Assembly: GCA_951406725.2 (NCBI GenBank)
Contig: OX597831.1
Span: 83,204,001 to 83,268,000 of the forward strand
Direction: 5' to 3'
Length of the DNA: 64,000 nucleotides
From: Octopus vulgaris
Taxonomy: Eukaryota
Shown here: in pieces, positions 55,009 to 64,000 of the stretch
How positions within the stretch are numbered: position 1 is the stretch's first letter
How the letters are laid out: each line of letters opens with the position of its first letter
Notes under the pieces: model-generated
What the model was told of the DNA's origin: nothing
Seen by the model: the letters and a program-made list of their open reading frames with translations, nothing else
The model's database searches: none
Made by a program: the position numbers and the translations under genes

Positions 55009-55177
55009 GCACAGGAGTGGCTGTGTGGTAAGTAGCTTGCTTACCAACCACATAGTTCCGGGTTCATTCCCACTGCGTAGCACCTTGGCAAGTGTCTTCT
55101 ACTATAGCCTCAGGCCAGCCAAAGCCTTGTGAGTGGATTTGGTAGATGGAAACTGAAAGAAGCCTGTCGTATATATG

Positions 55178-55216
<39 letters not shown>

Positions 55217-55431
55217 GTGTTTGTGTGTTTGTGTGTGTCCCCCCAACATCACTTGACAACCGATGATGGTGTGCTTACATCACTATAACTTAACGGTTCA
55301 GCAAAAGGGACCGATAGAATAAGTACTAGGCTTCCAAAGAATAAGTCCTGGGGTTGATTTGCTTGACTAAAGGCGGTGCTCCAGCATGACCACAGTCAAA
55401 TGACTGAAACAAGTAAAAGAGTAAAAGAGTA
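55009..55431 (+). mobile_element. SINE family A, full length
   Basis: High similarity to 11496-11900. Confidence 0.92.
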
Positions 55432-56678
55432 GATGAACACAACCGCATTTATTCAAAGTAGAGTTAAGTCCTTGACCCCAGGACACAGGAGTTTATTAAA
55501 TGTTCCTTACCGACATCACTCAATAAATCAGGAAAGGTTTTAGAACATATCTGGTAAACACTGAAATATAAAACTCCGTACAATAAAACTTGGAACTTGA
55601 GATTGGAAAGAATGGAACAAAATATAAGAACAAACTAAAAACTACAGAATGATGAAATTATATGAAAGAAAGGTGACTTATTCCTATAAAATCCTTTATA
55701 TTTCAAGTCAGACTTTATATTCTAGCCAAGTACAACCTGCAAATTAATAAAGGTTCATAACAGTGTTAGACTCACTTTCCATACTGGCAGGGTCACTATC
55801 ACTGAAGTCAACATATATTTGGGGGTATTGTCACCTGAGTAGGAATGGGGGCTCATTTCAATCATGTTTCATTTATTGCTTGGGTTGCCCTTCCCAACAC
55901 CAATCACTTTACAGGGAACACTAGAAAGGTGTTATGCCCTCAACAAGAGTGCAAGATATTGTTATTTTGTACATAAAAAAAAAAATTTATGATGTAGGAT
56001 AAACATTTATATAGAATAATCTAGACAATGAAAGGTAATTTTTACCTCATTAACTCATTACATTCACTGCCTTTATTTCATTAATTTTGAAAATAATGAA
56101 GAATTTTTTAAAAAGTTGTCATTATTAATTTGGTGTTTGGAATTCATATGGAATTTAGATGGAAGAAGGTTTCGATGAAGATTATAGATAATTGATATCA
56201 TAAAGTGAAAGGCAGTCACTGATGGTTTGGTCCCAAAACGGTAAAGATATTTACTCCTGCCCTCTTTAAAATGTGGAAGAGTTATTAAATGGATTTATTA
56301 TATACAAAAAATAGTAATTTGGCCAAATTTAATCAAGTAAAATAACGGTAACACCTGAACACAACTAATGTCGACCCTAATAAACTTGTAGTGAGACCCT
56401 TTTTCTGTTCTGATATTTTATGTTCAGCTAGCCCTGATATTTATGGCTCCATTCGATAATCTTTAATTATTGGTCATTTGACCTATCATATGAGTTTGGA
56501 ACACGTGGTTGAGTCTTGTATTTTGATTGGTCGTGTATTGCGCGGGATAAGGATCTCGGATCCAATCACGTTGCACGTAACACAAGCTCAAACAATAAAT
56601 CTCTGAATCATCGCTGGATCCTAACATCTTCTGCTTGGAAATAGTTTTATCTAATCCTTTGTGGCCAGTGCGATGAGG

Positions 56679-56756
56679 GATTTTCCCGGAGCACGAGTTG
56701 GTTACAAGTGCTTGGTTATAACAACAGGATAATACAACTCGTGCTCCGGGAAAATC
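56679..56756. repeat. Perfect 22-bp inverted repeat with 34-bp spacer
   Basis: GATTTTCCCGGAGCACGAGTTG ... CAACTCGTGCTCCGGGAAAATC. Confidence 0.9.
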
Positions 56757-57069
56757 GTGATGTTATTTGGTCCATTGTATAATTTAGCAGAGGAATAAAG
56801 TCTCGTTGTTAGTCAAAAGTTCGTTTCTTGTATTATTTCTACGAGTTAATACGCCGCACATGTTGTATAATGGTATGCAACATGCCGTAGTAAACCAAGA
56901 GATACTTTATAATCAACCACAGCTAAAAATGTAACATGCTATTCATGATCATCTTTATTTTCCAGCCAGTGAACTGCATTACTTGATATATTCTTTTTTA
57001 AATACGGTATGGTGTCCAACGGGGTCCCATCTTTTAGCAATTCGGACGATCACGAAGACGTTCCCCTCA

Positions 57070-57225
57070 TTGGCCCAGGGTCAACCCTCACCTATGATCA
57101 AAGCACAACTGTGACCATCTTGTCTCTTTCGGGGGATATAGGACTATATCATCTAATATGTCACTCTATTTTTAAGACAGCAGAGTGTGATTTGAGAGAG
57201 ATTTGACTGTTGTTTCTAGCATGGT
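57070..57225. repeat. Interspersed repeat family E (unclassified)
   Basis: Motifs CCAG(G)TCA.C.CT, CATTCCAG.C.TGACCA, AAGACAGCA.GGTGTGAT and GCTATTTCTAGCA recur at about 59590-59850 and 63100-63280. Confidence 0.5.
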
Positions 57226-60200
57226 GTACAAAACGTATCCTTTGTTACATGCTTAAGGTAACATCTAAAGCATTGTTAATTACTACATTAACAGTGGAAT
57301 AACACCTAAAATATTGATATATATCAACACATATATCGACAACAAATATATATCCTGTAGATATATAATGTTACATAGCTTCCATGTGAAGCAAATAAAC
57401 TGTATTTAAGACAATAGTAATTTCAGTACGGTAACGAAGTAAAAAAGGGGAATATCTAATATGAAAACTTTTCAACCAAAACAAAAATAAGATGAAAAAT
57501 AAAAATAAAACTTTTCAAAACCATTTTAGTAAAAATGAAACATGAGAAACGAAAGAGAGAGAATATGAAGTTCGAGTTTAGAAGAAATGTTTCTAGTTTA
57601 CAAATTGGAAATAGGTTTGAAGAAAAATTTGTTTGAATGGCATAAAAAATGATTCGATCTAAAATATTTAAGGAAATTCTTGCAGTTTGTCGAACAAGAT
57701 TAAATAGTAAATGGAATACAGACAACATCACAACAACAAAGACACGTCAATTTTTGTTGAGGTGTTCATTCAAACAAGCAGACGACCACCACGTTATAGT
57801 AGTAGTAGTAGTAGTAGTGTGGTGGTGGTGGTGGTGGTGGTCGTCGTCACCATAATGACTGCTGGTTGTTCTTTCATTATGGCAGGAGGGCAAAGAGAAA
57901 GAGAAAGAGAATGAGAAAGAGAGAGAGAGAGCTTTATTTGAAGCAAGTAGGAAGGAGTATATTGTTGAACATGTTTTGTCGGAAACTCTCTCAGTTACAT
58001 CTAATTGTACCGATAGGAAGTTGTTAAAAGTATATAACCTTTATCAATTATATGTGTGTGTACGAAGAGAGAGAGAGAGACGGAATAAGAAAAGGAAAGA
58101 TATGGTGAATTCTCCGTCTGTCTCTTCAGTGAGCATTCAGTTGTCCAACAAACTGAATCATACTTGTGGATTTAACGTGGCTGAGTATTTCACGGAGATC
58201 TTACTCTCCGAGTAAATTTTCTACACACACACAATTTACCTCAAGGATACAAGTATCACTGGAATGTATAAACAAGAGATTGGAAGACATTTTTGGTATT
58301 ATTTGTTCACCATTACATAGGTTTCATATGCTAATATCATATATCTATATATATATATCTATATATATATAGATAGATATATGGCATGAATTTGTGATGG
58401 CTAATCTCAAAAGTTGTACACCAAAGAAGCACGGCAAGTGGTGGCTGAATCAGACCTATTTGCCTATGCTGGCAAGACAAAACTGTTAGAATAAAGATTT
58501 GGCTGTTATAATATCCTGGGTTTCTCATTCATTATGTTCTGGCCAGTCTCCATCACCTCCATTGTACCATGTTACCTGCTTAATAAAGACAATATTGATC
58601 TGATTGCATTCAACCCAACCACTACCATCACCTTTTATCAGTCTACTCTCTTCCATCAAAATGCTTGTATAACAAGGGATGGCTTCAGATCCTTTTATAG
58701 TCAGTAGACCCACACATCACCCTTCTCCACTACTAGCCATCCTTCTTACTCCTCTGTGTCACCATATTAACACCTCCAGTCTGTCTAAACATCAATATTT
58801 AGTACTATTCTCTAATCTCTTTTCCCTCCTCTTCATTGACAGGCATCATCCTCTTCTTCCTTCATCCCTATATCTGTCCTTATTACACCCTCTTACTCAA
58901 TCATGATCGCCATGCTGTGTTTTACGATTCAATCTCCTTACCAACAACTCGCATATAGCTTCTACATATTGTCTCCCAATCTTCTCAAGCCAACCAAGCT
59001 CTTGGCCATACCACACTATGCTTTCCTCCACCATCATCCATGCAGCCACTACACCAAACCAGGCGCAGCTATAAGCACTCCAACTGTGCAGTAATTATTT
59101 CTATCACTCATTGATGGTTTGGTCTCTCTCTCTCCTATCTCTCCCACTTTTGCACACAGAAGTGTGTGCATATATTATGTACACACACACATTAAACATA
59201 TATGATAGACTTTCACATATGCAATATAGTTAACGCTTTGGTTAATCTCCTTCAAGGAATGCTGAAAACTTAAACACAACAAGGGAAATTAATAACAGCT
59301 AATCTAAGAAACTGCAATTTGGAGAGGGTCCAACAAGAGAGACCATTGAATATGTTTCAATGTTATTAAACCTCATCAGTAAAACAAAGTCGTGCTCACC
59401 TAACACTTGAAATAATTTTTATCCTGTTACTTAGCAGTTCAACAAAGAGATATTAATAAGTACTAGACTAAAGTAAGAGCTGGAGTTGATATGATCAACT
59501 AAATTCTTGGAGGTGGTGCTCCAACATGGCTGCAGACCATTTACTGAAACCAAAAAAATAAGAATGAAATAATTCTACATTTGTTGCTGTTGTTTAGCTT
59601 CAATTCTGGTCAAAGACATTCCAGTGTTGGCATACCAATAATTTTTTCTTTGGATGTTATCCTTCCTTAAGACAGCATGGTGTGATATGGTAAAGTTTCA
59701 TATATATGTGAAGGACATTTAACAGCTATTTCTAGCATCCACATGACTGATGCTTCATTGCTCAAGATACTAAAGTCCTTGTTGTTGTTGTTGATTAGCC
59801 TCAAGTCAACACTGATTATACAGACCTACAACCACAGGTTCTCCAGCCATGGTAATCACATGGTTCCAAAATCTGTCCCTGTTGAGTGACGCTTTGGGCA
59901 AGTATATTCCATTGTAGCCCTGAGATGATGTATAATAGATTAATAGAATTTAGTAGATGGAAACAATATATAAATGCATTATACACACACATGCATGTAC
60001 GTGTGTATATATCAAATAAAGGGGATTAAAATCCAAAGTGGATCCTCAGTAAGCACTTCTGCAAGCATCAGCTATCATGGTATATATTTGTAAATGGGTT
60101 TTCTTAAGTAAGACAACTATCCATACAAGCTGAACCTCCAAGTCAAATAGATTGGTCACAGAGTATGAATACATTAAATTTAAGAATGGAAATTATGGGA

Positions 60201-62111
60201 TTATCTTTAATTTTTTATGTATATGTGCATATGTGTGGGTGTATATACGTATGTACATACATTATATATATATATATATATATGTATATATAAACAGCAT
60301 CTATTTGACAGATGTCTTGTGGTATCCATTCTCACTCTTTGCATTCAGATGGCAAAGCCTGCAATGACATCATCATTACCAAGTTACAACTTGACCCCTT
60401 AGCTTTTCCCAAAGATAACATCTGACCTTCAAGAAAAAAGAGACTTCCAAATATGGACAAATGTAAGTCTTTTGCACAAAAAAATCTTGCACATATCTGA
60501 AACTTGGAAAGGAAGTTTCCAAGAGTTGATACTCAAATTCTCAACAGCAGACACCAATGGCCACTGGGTTGTATATGATTGTGTGTGTGCCAGTATAACA
60601 TCATTTCATATATGCAGAGCTGAAGATATCAATATCAGTGAAAGTCTCAAGATATTTGTTCTGCATTTAGTTACAAACACTCCCTTGTCACAGTCTCCAT
60701 CATAAACCCAACAACAATAATGTTAACCAATTTTGATGTAAAATCAAATAAAAACCTCATCATGCATCCTCAACATGGTTAACATTTCCTGAAGGAAACT
60801 GAAAAGGCTCGAAGATACGAATGCTTCAAACGTTTTCCCCCTGTAACCCCGGACACCCCTTCAGATCTGTACGAGTAAATATTAATAATGTAGTCACTTT
60901 TAACTGGTGTATCTGTGGTTTTGCTACTAGTCCTGGGTGAGACTATTTCACTTCACTAACCTTACCAATACCACAAACATACTAAATGCCCAGACATCAA
61001 CACACACACTGCATACACACTTGACACACAACATAAACACCCAGGTACACACTATGTATATACACCGAGGCACTCAGAAACAGCTGCATAAACAAACACA
61101 AACTTATTTAAACAGAAGCTTTTGATGGTCCATGCAGCGGAACTTTTCCTGCTTATACATCACCAATATCACCTATTAATCTATCTCCTTATCTATCATA
61201 TATTTATACACATCTTTACATACACCTATACCTGTGTGTATGTGTTTTGGATTTACTATATAATTATACACACAAACACACACACACACACACAAATATA
61301 CACTAAATATGTCAGGGTGTATTTTTAGGTAGTAACGCTGTGACCATCTGCCGCGCCGAGCCTTTGGAGTCGGTTATAAATGGAAAGATAAAATAGACCA
61401 AGTTTGCTCACTAATTTATGGCATATATTACCAGATAAGGAGAAAGTAGGGCAACTACTGCAATGTATACATACACGGTGTGTGTGTATATATATATATA
61501 TATGTATATATAATATGAAAGTATCAATGTAAACAAGTGCATTAAATTCCAAACAGCTCTAGGAATTAAAAACCAATTTTCGGAGCAGACGGAATTGTTC
61601 CAACACCGGTTCTGAGAATCAATGGTCTGTGACTGGCAGATGTTACACATAATGTCGCTTCACACACACAAACACACACACACATATATATTCACACACA
61701 TACATACAAAGAGAGGGAAAGAGGTGTGTGTGTAGATGATAGGCTGAGTTGTTGGTTGGTACTTGATAAATTAGATAAATCGCTAAAAGTTACAAAACGG
61801 AACCAAGGGCCAAGAGTTTCGTCTACAGCACTTTGACTTTCGGTCCTTGAATCACTTTTCGAACTTTCTGTAATTTAATATATATACATATATATATATA
61901 TGTGTGTATATGTTGGTACACCTTATGTTGTTTATCAACCAACCATACCACCAGCAACGTTCCACACTTAGGTGTGATGAGGGGGATTTAGTTGTTATTT
62001 CTAAAAAGTTGGGTGATTAAATAGTGGCCAGTCTCCATGGTTTGGGTTTATGCTAAAAGAATGTATATATGTACGTAGATAAATGGTTTGCGTGTTGATA
62101 CACATATCTGA

Positions 62112-62157
<46 letters not shown>

Positions 62158-62418
62158 GTGTGTTCAAACATACATACACATGTGTGGTTGTGCGTGTGTG
62201 TTGTAATAAGAAGATAGATGGATACATGGTGTGTGTTAATATATATGCTATGTATATACACGTGTGTGTGTGTGTGTGTGTGTGCATGGTATGTACTGAT
62301 GCGTCAGGTATGTGTATATACTAAGATATGCTGTTTGTTGGTATATACAATATACGCGTATGTGTGTTAATGTTTGCTGTGCAGCTATGTGTATGTAAAT
62401 GTGTGTGTTGCTTACACA

Positions 62419-62453
<35 letters not shown>

Positions 62454-64000
62454 CATGCGTGTTCAGTGCGAGCTATTACATGTGTGTATAGGTGAGTGTG
62501 TAATGCAGCTGGTGCTCTGTTGCTATTTACTCTGCATCTCTGCATACACGTGCACACTGCAGTAGACAGTTGTTACATCATTATTCCACATTGAATATTG
62601 TTGTCACCGCCACAACACAACAATATATTCGATTCATTGTAATCTATATTAATATATATGAGTTACTCATTTATAAATTATTGAAATTATTTTTATTTTT
62701 ACTATTCCAACGTCCATTACGTTGAAAGTTCAATTCCCTCCGAGGTCGATTTTTTTCCTTTCATTCTCCCCGGGTTGATAAATATAAAGTGGTAGTCACT
62801 ATATAATTGCCCATATCTCTATATCTGAGTCCATATGCCTAGGTGGGAAATTGTTATAATTTTAATATTTATATTACATGAAAATAAGTCAACTGAAGTG
62901 AAACATTTCGTTTCTATTATTGTAATGGTTAGGGTTAGGTGGAGGAGTCGCTCTAATTAATTGCCTTAAATCATTGATATATGTTTAGCAATAATTGATT
63001 ATTAAATTAGTTTGGGTTATGATAAATAGAGGCTGTCAGTCGTCACCACAAGATTGTAGGAAGCTATTTACCGGCCTGGCAAGGAATAACAGAACAATTC
63101 AGTTGTTTAGCCACAGGTCAGCTACTGGCGGATTTTAGATCGAACAATGCATTCCAGTCATGACCACCTCGTTTATAGTCAAGACAATGTATTTAAGACT
63201 GGTATCTAACATGTTCTTTTTTTAAAAAATACGTTGGAGTATATAGTTTAAAGAAAATCTGGCTGCTACTTCTAGCAAATAGAGTGACCACGAAAAGACT
63301 CAAACATTGCAGTAACAACGGAGACCAGAAGACAATTTCATAGATACACAGACAGACACACACACAAGCTGTAATAGTTTTAATAATAATAATAATAATC
63401 CGATGTAACGAGAAGGCTTGAGAAAGAAAAAACGGGAAAAAGGTATTTGGCCAGTGGAGGAAATAAATGCAAGAACCGCCCCTGGACATAGAAGTTGGTT
63501 TCTAGATTTGAATAAAACTGGGATCAAAGGGTCCAGGTTCTTTAAGAGGGTCGGGTATGAAATGAGGGAGCTTTGGCTGTTGTTTAGCGTAGTGTCGAAG
63601 AGCAGGGAAGAATGAGGGGTGAGGTTTATTTCCTAGAATACTAAATACGGACAGAATTGCAACTGATACAGACACAAACAAACGAAAATAATTTACTTTA
63701 ACGCAAAATACATTCATGCATAAATAAATAGAGACGCAGGGAGCGGTGTGTATATCTATATACACACATATATCTATATACATATATATATATGTATGTA
63801 TATATATATATATGTATACATATGTATATGTATGTATATATATGTATACATGTGTATATGTATGTATATACATGCAGGTGCGATGTGTGTGGCCTGTCTC
63901 GGACCGGTTGCTTTAATTCTTTGGTAAAAAAAAGAACAAAACAAAGAAAGAAAGATTTTCCCTCTTCATTCCCAAAACATGAATCACGAAGCATAAAAAT

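Noticed and set aside
62928-62941. GGTTAGGGTTAGGT telomere-like sequence
   Set aside because: Only about two units; expected by chance.

Overview
AT-rich, repeat-dense eukaryotic DNA, either intergenic or inside a large intron. No host protein-coding exon could be identified with confidence. The SINE families and the very abundant (AT)n/(AAT)n/(CA)n tracts suggest an animal, probably an octopus-like cephalopod; this is an inference from repeat content only. Most ORF-track entries (YIYI..., IIII..., NNNN..., THTH...) are microsatellite translations. The real coding signal comes from transposon relics: a young 5'-truncated CR1/L2-group LINE (41276-43158, RT in one frame with only two nonsense codons), at least six R4/Dong-like LINE fragments with a restriction-like endonuclease at (AAT)n tracts, an L1/Tx1-like LINE, RTE remnants, a decayed hAT transposase with a TTF zinc finger, a Tc1/mariner fragment, several MITEs and four or five interspersed SINE-like families. 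The most notable structures are (1) a near-perfect 535-bp palindrome centred on half of a Penelope-type hammerhead ribozyme motif, (2) a second, variant minimal hammerhead-like motif, (3) a 53-bp piece of the LINE's own 3' region copied in frame onto its 5' truncation point, (4) a 3' tail shared by that LINE and the dominant SINE, and (5) apparent sorting of element families among different microsatellite types. I found no intact novel protein system.
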